Made by a program: the position numbers and the translations under genes
IMG/VR virus record: IMGVR_UViG_3300028840_004184
Location: 1-64,000 of that record
Length of the DNA stretch: 64,000 nucleotides
DNA from: a virus
Strand: one strand, 5' to 3'
The notes under the pieces: model-generated
Databases searched by the model: none
The model's input: the letters and a program-made list of their open reading frames with translations, nothing else
What the model was told of the DNA's origin: nothing
In this document: positions 28,804-38,333 of the stretch, piece by piece
Position numbering within the stretch: the stretch's first letter is position 1
Layout of the letters: every line of letters begins with the position of its first letter

Positions 28804-29645
28804 TAGGATATAAGCTTTTATTATCATGCTGGCGATATTTTGCTGTATTATATCTTGATGATGATGCTAAGTTCAAGGATTTTCAGATTATAAGACCTGG
28901 TTGGTACTGGGGTTTTACTTATGATCAGTGTGGAAGATTTTTTATTTCACAAAAACATAGCGATCCTCCTGGTTATTATCCCATATATGTTTTAGATCAT
29001 AATTTTAAAGTTATACGTAGGATTAATGAATTACCTGAGTATGGGAGCAACGTACATCAGATTCAATGTTATGGTGAAAAGCTTTATGTTTTATGTGCTC
29101 ATAATGGTCACGTTCTTGTGTATGATTTAAATAATATAGATGGTGACCCGGAAATATGGAAGCCAGAAGGTTTACAGCGGTATTCGTATATGAATACTTT
29201 GTTTTTCCACAAGGACCATATTTATATTATGGAACATAACATGGGATATAATAATAGTATTATTTCAGAATACATGGTGAACAGCCGACGTTTGGAACAT
29301 AAACATATTTTGTATCACAAAAAGTGTCACAATATATTTGAACTCAATAATGAGATGTGTTATTGTGCATCACATGATGGCTGTATATGTAATTTGAGAG
29401 GGGAGTCGGTTGTCAATATTGTTGATGGAAGTTTTGTCCGTGGTGTAGCTATGGATAGTCGCTTTCTATTTGTGGGTGATTCTAAAATTGCCGAACGCAG
29501 TAACAGAGGCGTTGGTGATGGTCGTATTATGGTGTATAATACAGATAATTCAGAGTTTGTTAGGTCGATAAATATAGAGAAGTGTGGGCAAATTCATGAA
29601 ATTCGTTTATTGAATAGGGATGATTTATGTCATAATGGATACTAA
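28800..29645 (+). CDS. Beta-propeller-like hypothetical protein (DUF4915-like resemblance)
   Basis: Repeated short beta units; HQI, MNTL, HNI and FVRGVAMD..FLFVGDSK motifs. Confidence 0.45.
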   Translation: MIGYKLLLSCWRYFAVLYLDDDAKFKDFQIIRPGWYWGFTYDQCGRFFISQKHSDPPGYYPIYVLDHNFKVIRRINELPEYGSNVHQIQCYGEKLYVLCAHNGHVLVYDLNNIDGDPEIWKPEGLQRYSYMNTLFFHKDHIYIMEHNMGYNNSIISEYMVNSRRLEHKHILYHKKCHNIFELNNEMCYCASHDGCICNLRGESVVNIVDGSFVRGVAMDSRFLFVGDSKIAERSNRGVGDGRIMVYNTDNSEFVRSINIEKCGQIHEIRLLNRDDLCHNGY

Positions 29646-29648
29646 GAT

Positions 29649-30563
29649 ATGATACCAGATATTACTTATTTTGTTTTAGATTATAATCCATCGCATAGCG
29701 AGAAAGAAGCTGATTGGCTTCGTGAGTGTTTGATATCTTTATATGATAATACGGACGATTCTTTGTCTAAGGTTGTTTATGTGCTCAGTCAGGGGAACGG
29801 GACAAAACAGGAAGAATACCTTGGGAGACTTTCTCGTTTTCTTGATTTTCATTTGTTATGTATGAAAGATAATCTCGGCATCAGCCGGGGCATTAATCAT
29901 TGTGTCCAAATGTCACGTAGTCCAGTTGTAGCCTTGGTGACCAGCGATACTGTATTAACCAAGGGAATGGATATCGACCTGTGGTGTAAACTTAATGATG
30001 GTGACAGCCGTTTGATGCATGCGACACCCCTTACCCAGAAAAGTGATATACCTTATCAGCAGTATGTACCCGAAGAAGATTTCGGTGCTGAGTCTGTAGT
30101 TAAGATGCCTGGTAAAGATATTTTCTGTATAGCATATGAACTAACAGTTAATTTTTGGAACCGAAGATTATTTGATCAAATAGGCTTCTTCGATGAACGA
30201 TGGAAGGCTTGTTATGAGAATCTTGATTTTTCGCTTCGTTCTTATATACGTGGATATGATAGTATAGTAAGTGGTAGCTCTTTCGTGTGGCACAGGCATG
30301 GGACATGTTATCAGAACGATTTATTGAGACATGCCTATGATGGTTATTTAGACTACTTTATGTCGGGAGGGTTTAATCATACTCCGTTAAGAGAAATGTG
30401 GGACTTGAAGTGGCCTGGTATTAATAATTTTATTGACATATATAAACCTGTTCGGAGTATTGGCATTAATGATGATGATGTGGTAAGATTAAGAAGTTTC
30501 TTACGTCGTGAATTTGAACATAATATTTATTTACCCTATATACAGAAAAGAGTCAAATATTAA
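29649..30563 (+). CDS. Glycosyltransferase family 2
   Basis: NLGISRGIN, VALVTSD, FDQIGFFDE, YENLDFSLR, VWH. Confidence 0.85.
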   Translation: MIPDITYFVLDYNPSHSEKEADWLRECLISLYDNTDDSLSKVVYVLSQGNGTKQEEYLGRLSRFLDFHLLCMKDNLGISRGINHCVQMSRSPVVALVTSDTVLTKGMDIDLWCKLNDGDSRLMHATPLTQKSDIPYQQYVPEEDFGAESVVKMPGKDIFCIAYELTVNFWNRRLFDQIGFFDERWKACYENLDFSLRSYIRGYDSIVSGSSFVWHRHGTCYQNDLLRHAYDGYLDYFMSGGFNHTPLREMWDLKWPGINNFIDIYKPVRSIGINDDDVVRLRSFLRREFEHNIYLPYIQKRVKY

Positions 30564-31069
30564 TGAATGATGCAAACAGGGACTGGATTGTTAAGCAACA
30601 CAGAGAAAAGCTACAAGGTAGGATATTGGAAATTGGGTCGTTTATTGTTCCAGGACAAGAAGAAATATCTATGCGTAAAGCTATTGAGTCTTTAGGTTAC
30701 CCGTTTGTGGGTATAGATATGCGTCAGGGACCAGGCGTAGATATTGTTGCAGATGCCAAGAATATGCGTAGTATAATAGCTGATGATGAGATAGATACTA
30801 TAATTTGCCTTGATACACTAGAGCATGTTGATTGGCCTAGAGACCTTATACAAGAATTGTATCGTGTCCAGAAGCCCGGAGGATATTTTTTCTTGGCTAC
30901 TGTTATGGACTTCCCCATTCATGATTACCCTAGTGACTATTGGAGATTTACTCCACAATGTTTGAAAATGTTGCTTAAGTATGCTGGTTATGAAGTGCTT
31001 GGGGTAGAGGGATGTGGTAGGCAAGATTTTCCTGGTGTAGTAAGAGCTATAGGGAGGAAAAATGCCTAG
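30563..31069 (+). CDS. Class I SAM-dependent methyltransferase
   Basis: ILEIGS, GIDMRQGPGVDIV.D, TLEHV, RV.KPGG, HDYPSDYWRFT. Confidence 0.88.
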   Translation: MNDANRDWIVKQHREKLQGRILEIGSFIVPGQEEISMRKAIESLGYPFVGIDMRQGPGVDIVADAKNMRSIIADDEIDTIICLDTLEHVDWPRDLIQELYRVQKPGGYFFLATVMDFPIHDYPSDYWRFTPQCLKMLLKYAGYEVLGVEGCGRQDFPGVVRAIGRKNA

Positions 31070-31592
31070 GTGGTGGTTCCAAGAGAAACGTAATAAGTAC
31101 GCAGACCGGTCTTTCACTAATCATATATCGGTAGGCTGTAGACCGCACTTGAGTGATATACCTAACTGGGAATTGCAAACTTTCGATTATTGTGATGAAC
31201 TGATTATTGTGGAAGCCTGCCGAGATCACGAAGTTTTACTTAGAGAGGGGTGCTCTAGGTTTCGTAAGCCTGTGAAAATTTTTATTGAAAAAATTGAAAA
31301 AATGCTTGACTTTTTCCCAGAATGTGGTATATTTTCATGGCATCATGGACCCGAACATAGTTGGGATTGGCAGCATGTGTTGTCAGAGATGGAAAAGAAG
31401 GCAAAACTTATCATGATTTCATGCCCGTTAGGACATGTCGTTCCTGGCCACATTCACGGCCAAAATCAATGTGACGAACATCCAGATGGACTTCGTATAG
31501 AAAGAGATTACTTTGACCAAAATGGTTACGAGGTTTTTATGTGGCGAGAGAAATGGGGGATTGAAATCAATGCCATTAAGGAGAATCCGTAA
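31062..31592 (+). CDS. Hypothetical protein, possibly a divergent methyltransferase
   Basis: ISVGC and WHHGPEH lie at positions resembling MTase motifs; weak evidence. Confidence 0.35.
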   Translation: MPRWWFQEKRNKYADRSFTNHISVGCRPHLSDIPNWELQTFDYCDELIIVEACRDHEVLLREGCSRFRKPVKIFIEKIEKMLDFFPECGIFSWHHGPEHSWDWQHVLSEMEKKAKLIMISCPLGHVVPGHIHGQNQCDEHPDGLRIERDYFDQNGYEVFMWREKWGIEINAIKENP

Positions 31593-31593
31593 C

Positions 31594-32280
31594 ATGAGTA
31601 ATAGTAATGGTGTTGAAAATTTGCGTTTGTTTGCTAGGTCTGTTACTTCTCAAAATGGTGAAGACGGTATTATATCTTATCTTTTAGACAGACTCGGTAT
31701 TAGTGATGGATGGTGTTGTGAATTCGGAGCGTGGGATGGGATTCACTTTAGTAATGTATGTCGGCTGTGGCGTGATATGGATTTTAACGCAGTCCTGATA
31801 GAGTCTGACGGAGGCAAGTTCGGGGCACTGAAAAATAATGTTACTCAACACAAAAGTGTTCTTCCTATACATGCCAATGTTTCTAGTAACCAAAATAGCC
31901 TTGATTCTTTAGACGGTATTTTGTCTCGTACATTTATACCATTCAATTTTGATGTTTTGTCAATTGATATAGACGGTAATGACTATGAGGTTTGGAAATC
32001 TTTTATGGAGTATAAACCAAAAATAGTTATTATAGAGGTTAATTCTAATCATATGCCGGATGTAGAAATTATTAATGTTTTGCAAGATTTACGTGGTGAT
32101 ACGTGGCGGTGTACTTCGTTGAAGCCAATGGTTGCTTTGGCTAATGAAAAGGGGTATGAATTAGTTGCTCATATATCTTGTAATGCTATTTTTGTTGACA
32201 GGTCTTTATATCACTTAGTAGGTCTAGAGTCTAATTGTATTGAGGATATATATCATTATGAAATGGTGAGGCATAGATGA
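31594..32280 (+). CDS. FkbM-like methyltransferase
   Basis: SQNGEDGII, CEFGAWDG..SN, LSIDIDGNDY, PKIVIIE; ATG 31594 follows the upstream stop codon. Confidence 0.85.
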   Translation: MSNSNGVENLRLFARSVTSQNGEDGIISYLLDRLGISDGWCCEFGAWDGIHFSNVCRLWRDMDFNAVLIESDGGKFGALKNNVTQHKSVLPIHANVSSNQNSLDSLDGILSRTFIPFNFDVLSIDIDGNDYEVWKSFMEYKPKIVIIEVNSNHMPDVEIINVLQDLRGDTWRCTSLKPMVALANEKGYELVAHISCNAIFVDRSLYHLVGLESNCIEDIYHYEMVRHR

Positions 32281-32996
32281 AATTAACTGATTTACTTGAT
32301 ATATACAAAAGATTTGGTAACCATGGATTAGTTTCAAAACTAGAATATGAATTTACTACTGATGCCGACTTAGTAGCCTGGCGTAAATATTTTGAAAAGA
32401 TCGGCGGCTTTGCCCAAAATTCATGGTATGTTATGTGGGACGCTATTATCAAGAAGATTACTATAGAAAATTTTCTTGATCTTGGTGTACATGTTGGTCA
32501 ATTTAGTATATTGCCTGCTCTTCTTGGCAAGCGGCATGATAAAGAGTTTAATATCCATATGGTAAGCCCATTTAACGGAGTGGGTGATAAATATAGTAGT
32601 TATGAACAGAAGGATTATGGAGAAGTTTTCTTACAAGCCATGGCAGACATGATGATTGACTCATGTAGTTTCGTAATGCATAAAGGGATGTCCCAAGACC
32701 CAAAAGTTAAAGACGAGGTTAAAGATACAAGATTCGACTTAATGTATATCGATGGTTCTCACGATTATGAGGTGGTTACCCAGGATATAGATTTTTATGT
32801 TATGGAGCTTCTTAAACCTAATGGTATTGTGATATTTGATGATGCACAATTTTATATACCATCTGGCGGCCATCCGTGGGAGAGACAGGGGTATGGTGAT
32901 GTAGTGAGGGCCGTTAGAGAAAAAATGGATAATCATCCTGATTTTATGCATCTTTGTGATGTTACGCATAATAGAATATTTCAGAGGTTGAGATGA
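32277..32996 (+). CDS. Methyltransferase (Methyltransf_24-like)
   Basis: LDLGVHVGQ, DLMYIDGSHDYE, LLKPNGIVIFDD. Confidence 0.85.
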   Translation: MKLTDLLDIYKRFGNHGLVSKLEYEFTTDADLVAWRKYFEKIGGFAQNSWYVMWDAIIKKITIENFLDLGVHVGQFSILPALLGKRHDKEFNIHMVSPFNGVGDKYSSYEQKDYGEVFLQAMADMMIDSCSFVMHKGMSQDPKVKDEVKDTRFDLMYIDGSHDYEVVTQDIDFYVMELLKPNGIVIFDDAQFYIPSGGHPWERQGYGDVVRAVREKMDNHPDFMHLCDVTHNRIFQRLR

Positions 32997-33832
32997 ATTT
33001 AAATAGTGTATGCGTTTTGCTTGGTCCATACAGGAATTTGACTACTCTTTTATCAAGCATGATGTTTCTTCATCCTAATTGTCAGGTTTTAAATCATGCT
33101 GGTGATCGTGTATATCAACCTAGTGTTGGGGAAGATGTTAATTTTATTGATAGATATTCAGAAGAGACGCTAGATAATTTTGTTGATTATGCTTTACGTA
33201 TATCAAGGGAGCCAACTAGTGGTTGGCGTGGCGGATCTATTACAGTTTCTCATGCCTTTATTTTCCATCCTAAAATGGTGAAAACATATAATAATAGATA
33301 TGGGTCTTCGTTAATAAAATCCGACATTCGTTGTTTGTGGTGGAAGGAGTCTATGAAGACGACTCTTAAGCTAATGCATGATGATTTTGACTTTGATTTA
33401 TTTTTGAAGAAATCAGATCCTCGTGTTAAATTTTTGTTACCCATTCGTAACCCCATGGATTGTGCGATATCTAATTCAAATAATGGTCAGATGTGGCCTA
33501 TGTTATCCCCATCACGTTCTGAGCAAGCTATTTTGAATAAGATTGTGGAAATTATCAAATGGTTTACAGAGTGGCGTACAAGGTATCCTGATAGATTTTT
33601 TTATATTACTGAATATGATCTTGAGAATATGTTGAGTGGGACGTTATTTGATGTTGCTAATTTCTTGAAGATAGACTATGTAGATGAGTGGGTTGATGAT
33701 GTAAGGACGGTTTGTGAATTAAAAACAACTTATCCACATCCTGACGGTCTACAGAAGCATTATGATCTTTTGTTAAATACGTACTTTGGTAATTTTGCTG
33801 ATTTTAAACATAAATTATCGTTAATGAGGTGA
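32993..33832 (+). CDS. Sulfotransferase-family protein
   Basis: 5'-PSB-like LGPYRNLTTLL...HP and 3'-PB-like IRNPMDCAIS, later Y.L and FL.I. Confidence 0.65.
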   Translation: MNLNSVCVLLGPYRNLTTLLSSMMFLHPNCQVLNHAGDRVYQPSVGEDVNFIDRYSEETLDNFVDYALRISREPTSGWRGGSITVSHAFIFHPKMVKTYNNRYGSSLIKSDIRCLWWKESMKTTLKLMHDDFDFDLFLKKSDPRVKFLLPIRNPMDCAISNSNNGQMWPMLSPSRSEQAILNKIVEIIKWFTEWRTRYPDRFFYITEYDLENMLSGTLFDVANFLKIDYVDEWVDDVRTVCELKTTYPHPDGLQKHYDLLLNTYFGNFADFKHKLSLMR

Positions 33833-33841
33833 TTATTTAAA

Positions 33842-34156
33842 ATGCCTTTTTATGATTACAGATGTAATAAATGCGAAGAGATTACGGAATGTTTTTTTGA
33901 TGAGATAAAGAAGCGTCGTGATAAAATAAAGTGTGGCAATTGTGGCGAGGACGCTAAGCGTATTTATACTATTGCTGCTGGTTATGTTAAAAAGAATCGC
34001 GTTGGCGATATTTGGGACAAAAAGGGCATCGGCCCAGTTTCTGAAGGAAATTCCAAAGCCAAACAAGCTAACATGGAGCGTGTTGAAAAAATGCGTAAGG
34101 ATAAAGAGTCGAGAATTGACATGGCACGAGAAAAAAGAAAAAGGGGGGATTTATAA
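33842..34156 (+). CDS. FmdB-family zinc-ribbon protein
   Basis: MPFYDYRCNKC...CGNCG...RI. Confidence 0.8.
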   Translation: MPFYDYRCNKCEEITECFFDEIKKRRDKIKCGNCGEDAKRIYTIAAGYVKKNRVGDIWDKKGIGPVSEGNSKAKQANMERVEKMRKDKESRIDMAREKRKRGDL

Positions 34157-34157
34157 G

Positions 34158-37100
34158 ATGTCCTTTTGTCACCTACATGTTCATTCTGACGCATCGCTTC
34201 TTGATGGTATGTCTAAAGTAAAAGATATAGCCAAAAAGGCCAAGAAGCTTGGTCAACCCGCCGTGGCATTAACTGATCATGGCAATATATATAATGCCAT
34301 TGCATTTTACCAGGCTTGTAAAAAAGAAGATGTTAAGCCTATACTTGGTTGCGAATTTTATTTTGTTCCCAGTATAAAGCGTATGAAGGAAGAAAAAAAT
34401 AGAACCGCTTATCATTTAACTGTGTTGGCTGAAAATAATAAGGGGTGGAGTAACATAGTCAGGATGATTTCTGCTTCTAATCATCCGGATAATTTTTACC
34501 ATAAACCAAGAATAGATTATGATATACTTGAGCAACATTCTGATGGCCTTATTGTGTTGACCGGATGTATGGGCGGTATGATATCTAAGTCGTTAATGAA
34601 TGATGACCAAGACCAGGCTATCGATTTTGTCAAGCGAATGCGTGATATGTTCGGTAATAGATTATATTTTGAAACACAAAATGCTGGTTTGGAAGAACAA
34701 GATAGCTTAAACGAGGCAATTCGTGCCCTAGCTAAAGAAGTGGGTAGACCTACTGTGGCTACGGTTGATTCGCATTATGTGAATCGAGAGGATGCCATGA
34801 CTCATATAGAGTTGAAAACTATTTCTACTGGCAGGGATTTTGTAATGAGTGGTGGCTTTGGGGTATCTAGTGAATTCTTTTTTAAGGCAAGAGAAGAAGT
34901 ACAATTGCCAGATAAAGAAAAAGATATGACGCTTGATATTGCTGAAAGGTGTAATGTTACTATAGACTTAAAAAAACAAAGATTTCCATCTTATAGACCA
35001 AGAGAAGGTGAGATGGACGGTATTGACACACATGATATACTTTTAAGAAAGAAACTAACGGATGGATGGCAGCAACGACTAACTAAGGAGCAACGTGCTG
35101 ATGTTACATATACGATGCGAGCCCAACAAGAGTTTAAAGAAATCGCGGCTGCTGGTTTTGTAGACTATTTTTTAATTGTGGCAGATATCGTTAATTGGGC
35201 TAAGGAGAATGGCATTTGGGTAGGTCCCTCTAGAGGATCTGTCGCCGGTTCGCTTCTTGCATATTTACTGAATATAACTGATGTGGACCCCATCAAACAT
35301 GGCTTGATTTTTGAGAGATTTTACAATAGTGGGCGTTCTCACAGTGCTCCTGATATTGATACGGATATTGAGCTAAGGTATCGCAAGGATGTGATTAGGT
35401 ATATCGGGGAAAGATTCGGATATGATCAAGTAGCTCAGCTTATGACACTTAATACGATGGCGGCCAGGGCGGCCCTTAAGGATGTTATGAGGGTTAATAA
35501 CGTAGACTTTGAGACAGCAAACGAAATAACAAGTCTTATTCCGTTGAAAAACGATGAGCACGGTACTATTACGCTTAAGGAGGCTATAGAAAAAAATGAC
35601 CGTTTAAAAACATATAGCGAAAATCCGGAATACGAGATGTGTTTCAAACATGCTAAGGCCATAGAGGGTGTTGCTAAGTCGGTTGGTACTCATGCTGCTG
35701 CGGTTATTATTAGTGATAAACCGTTTTCTGATGGTGAGTTGCCGCTTGTTAGATCTCCAGATGGACAGAATTTGATGTGTGGTTGGCCGATGAAGACTAT
35801 TGATGCTTTGAATATTTTGAAGTGTGATATCTTGGGGTTAGCTACGCTTGAAGTCCTTCATCGCTGTTGTGATTTTATTAAAGAGCGTCATAATGTTGTA
35901 ATTGATTTTGACAACTTGGATTATGGAGATGATAAAACATACGGATTGATATGTCGGGGGTTATTGGATGGTGTGTTCCAGATTGAAACTCATTTGGGGA
36001 AAAAGTGGTCTAAGCTTTTGATGCCCACCTCGTTGTCGGATATTGCCGATTTATTGGCATTAATCAGGCCGGGGTGTCTTGATACCAATATGACTGATGA
36101 ATATCGTCTTATTAAGCATGGAGAGAAGCAGGCTGCATATATCCATCCGTTCCTGAAGCCCATTTTGGAGCCTACGCATAGCGTTCTTATTTTTCAGGAG
36201 CAGATCCTTGAAATATGTAAAAAGATAGCTAATATGACCCTTAAGGAGGGGGATGAGATTCGGCGTTGTTTGGGTAAAAAACTACCCGATGAAATGCGTA
36301 GCTGGAAAGATAAATTTATTACGAAGGCTGTTGAGCATACTGATATGCGGCTGGATGATGTTGAATCTATCTGGTCGTGGATTGAGGCGTTTGCTGGTTA
36401 TGGTTTTAATCGTTCTCATGCTTTGGGTTATGCTATTATCGCTTATCGTACAGCTTATTTGAAGGCTCATTATCCTTTGGAATTTATCTGTGCGTGTTTG
36501 ATTTGCTCGAAATATAATCAGAAGTCATTAGATGAAGTCAAGAGGTTTGTTAATGATGCTAAGTTATTTGGTATTAGGATATTACCTCCAGATATTTGTG
36601 CGAAGAATGTTGATTTTTCTATTGCGGATGATAATACTATCAGATTTGGTTTGTCGCATATTAAGAACCTGGGTGAGAGTGCGATTGGTAAAATTCTTGA
36701 TTCTAATGAAGCCGGGGATGATTTTTATCAATATATCATGAATTGTCCGTTGAATAAAAGGGCTGTGTTGGCACTCATGCATTCTGGAGCATTGGATTGT
36801 TTTGAGATCCCAAGAGATCGCATGGTTAATGAGTATACGCTGTATAAGAAGTTGAGTCCGATCCAACAAAAAAATTTAAAAAGTGTGTTTAAAAAAGGTG
36901 AGGATAGTGTTATTTCTATTACTCGAAAAATGTCATCCGAGGACGAGGTAGACAATTGGAAGTCTGTTGGGGTGAGACCACCAAATGTTAATGGTAGAAA
37001 GAAATTGCGGAAGTTAGTTTCAGAGTATGAGGGCATGGAGATTTTATCTGATGCCCAGATGGCCGAAAAAGAACGAGAAATACTTGGTATAGCTACTGTT

Positions 37101-37406
37101 CCTAGGATGATACCCGCTAAAAGTAAGGACACATGTCTGTCGGTCAAAATGCATCTTCCCCCCGGTACCGATAATGTTAAAATCTCGGGTTTTGTTTCTG
37201 ATGTTAAAATTGTACGTACAAAACAGCGTGGCGATCAAATGGCGTTTATAGCTTTGGAAGATTCTACGTATGCACTTGACGGTATTGTTGTTTTCCCTAA
37301 ATTATTCAATCGTGTGTCGTCGCTATTGAAGGTAGATAGACTAATTAATATTTCTGGTGTTCTGGATAATCATGGTACTTTATTGTGTAGAAAGATCGAG
37401 GCATGA
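34158..37406 (+). CDS. dnaE: DNA polymerase III alpha subunit
   Basis: PHP domain HLHVHS.SLLDG/TDHG, RGSVAGSLLAY, catalytic PDIDTD, HAAAV, YGFNRSH, C-terminal OB fold. True start is ATG 34158 (MSFCHLHVH). Confidence 0.95.
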   Translation: MSFCHLHVHSDASLLDGMSKVKDIAKKAKKLGQPAVALTDHGNIYNAIAFYQACKKEDVKPILGCEFYFVPSIKRMKEEKNRTAYHLTVLAENNKGWSNIVRMISASNHPDNFYHKPRIDYDILEQHSDGLIVLTGCMGGMISKSLMNDDQDQAIDFVKRMRDMFGNRLYFETQNAGLEEQDSLNEAIRALAKEVGRPTVATVDSHYVNREDAMTHIELKTISTGRDFVMSGGFGVSSEFFFKAREEVQLPDKEKDMTLDIAERCNVTIDLKKQRFPSYRPREGEMDGIDTHDILLRKKLTDGWQQRLTKEQRADVTYTMRAQQEFKEIAAAGFVDYFLIVADIVNWAKENGIWVGPSRGSVAGSLLAYLLNITDVDPIKHGLIFERFYNSGRSHSAPDIDTDIELRYRKDVIRYIGERFGYDQVAQLMTLNTMAARAALKDVMRVNNVDFETANEITSLIPLKNDEHGTITLKEAIEKNDRLKTYSENPEYEMCFKHAKAIEGVAKSVGTHAAAVIISDKPFSDGELPLVRSPDGQNLMCGWPMKTIDALNILKCDILGLATLEVLHRCCDFIKERHNVVIDFDNLDYGDDKTYGLICRGLLDGVFQIETHLGKKWSKLLMPTSLSDIADLLALIRPGCLDTNMTDEYRLIKHGEKQAAYIHPFLKPILEPTHSVLIFQEQILEICKKIANMTLKEGDEIRRCLGKKLPDEMRSWKDKFITKAVEHTDMRLDDVESIWSWIEAFAGYGFNRSHALGYAIIAYRTAYLKAHYPLEFICACLICSKYNQKSLDEVKRFVNDAKLFGIRILPPDICAKNVDFSIADDNTIRFGLSHIKNLGESAIGKILDSNEAGDDFYQYIMNCPLNKRAVLALMHSGALDCFEIPRDRMVNEYTLYKKLSPIQQKNLKSVFKKGEDSVISITRKMSSEDEVDNWKSVGVRPPNVNGRKKLRKLVSEYEGMEILSDAQMAEKEREILGIATVPRMIPAKSKDTCLSVKMHLPPGTDNVKISGFVSDVKIVRTKQRGDQMAFIALEDSTYALDGIVVFPKLFNRVSSLLKVDRLINISGVLDNHGTLLCRKIEA

Positions 37407-37909
37407 AGAAATTATCGGTTGTATGTAATTCATATAACAGTAGCGTGTTTTATAAGCATGATGATAATGTATTATGCGTGTTGCGTTGGACAATTAACGA
37501 GAATGAGCTTGCCGGTTTTGTTATTGATAGTCATAATTGTCTTGTAGATATATATGATAAGGATTTTTATCCATTAGATGATTCTGCGTTGTCGGCTTTT
37601 ATTATTAATATGGCCGATAGGATTAAGCTTGATCAGCAAATGGACACAGTTGAATATATTGATAGTGGTGGTGTTGCATCATACTTACCTATGTTTCTAC
37701 CTAATGAGATTAGGGATGAAGATATTAATGATTTACCTAGGTATCAAATAGGTGTATGTAAGGCCTGGGTGGCTTTTGTTAAGGAATTTAATTGTAGTCT
37801 TTATGAGGATTTTTTAAAATATTTGGATCAACAAGGTCTATTAGCTGGTTTTCTTGACCTTGTTACTGTTGAATTGTCTTCGTTGATGAAAGGAATAAAC
37901 AATGAGTGA
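37403..37909 (+). CDS. Hypothetical protein
   Basis: 168-aa ORF overlapping the dnaE stop (ATGA). Confidence 0.5.
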   Translation: MKKLSVVCNSYNSSVFYKHDDNVLCVLRWTINENELAGFVIDSHNCLVDIYDKDFYPLDDSALSAFIINMADRIKLDQQMDTVEYIDSGGVASYLPMFLPNEIRDEDINDLPRYQIGVCKAWVAFVKEFNCSLYEDFLKYLDQQGLLAGFLDLVTVELSSLMKGINNE

Positions 37910-38321
37910 TTTTAGTGAAGTAACCGTTTGTGGTAGAATGGGCGAGCCTCAGTTTTTTGAGATTGGTGAGAAGAAGACTCCGAAGGCTGCGTTTAGTGTA
38001 GCCGTGAATAAATATCGTCCCAAGCAGGGTGGAGAGGGTTTCGATCAGAGAACCATATGGGTTCCTTGTGTCGCCTGGGCTCGTGTAGCCAGCCAAATTA
38101 AGCAAAATGGTGGTAAAGGCGTTACCATTATGGCTTCTGGTGAGTTTGAAGTTGAGGAGTATCAGGACAAGGAGGGCAACCCAAAGAAATCGCAATTTGT
38201 GCGTTTGCGTTCTGTCAAATTGTTTGATTTTAAGTCTGGTAATTCTGAAGCCGCTTCTCAAAATACTTCTCAAAATACCAATAACAATAGTGGTTTCCAG
38301 CCATCTGGACCTTTTGGATAA
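37902..38321 (+). CDS. ssb: Single-stranded DNA-binding protein
   Basis: V.GRMG.P, FSVAVN, T.W..CVAW, KG..I...G, Y.DKEG; low-complexity tail ending PFG. Confidence 0.88.
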   Translation: MSDFSEVTVCGRMGEPQFFEIGEKKTPKAAFSVAVNKYRPKQGGEGFDQRTIWVPCVAWARVASQIKQNGGKGVTIMASGEFEVEEYQDKEGNPKKSQFVRLRSVKLFDFKSGNSEAASQNTSQNTNNNSGFQPSGPFG

Positions 38322-38333
38322 TGGAGAAAAATA

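Noticed and set aside
33933-34157. 75-aa N-terminal extension of DnaE
   Set aside because: Overlaps the FmdB-like gene; the canonical DnaE N-terminus begins at ATG 34158
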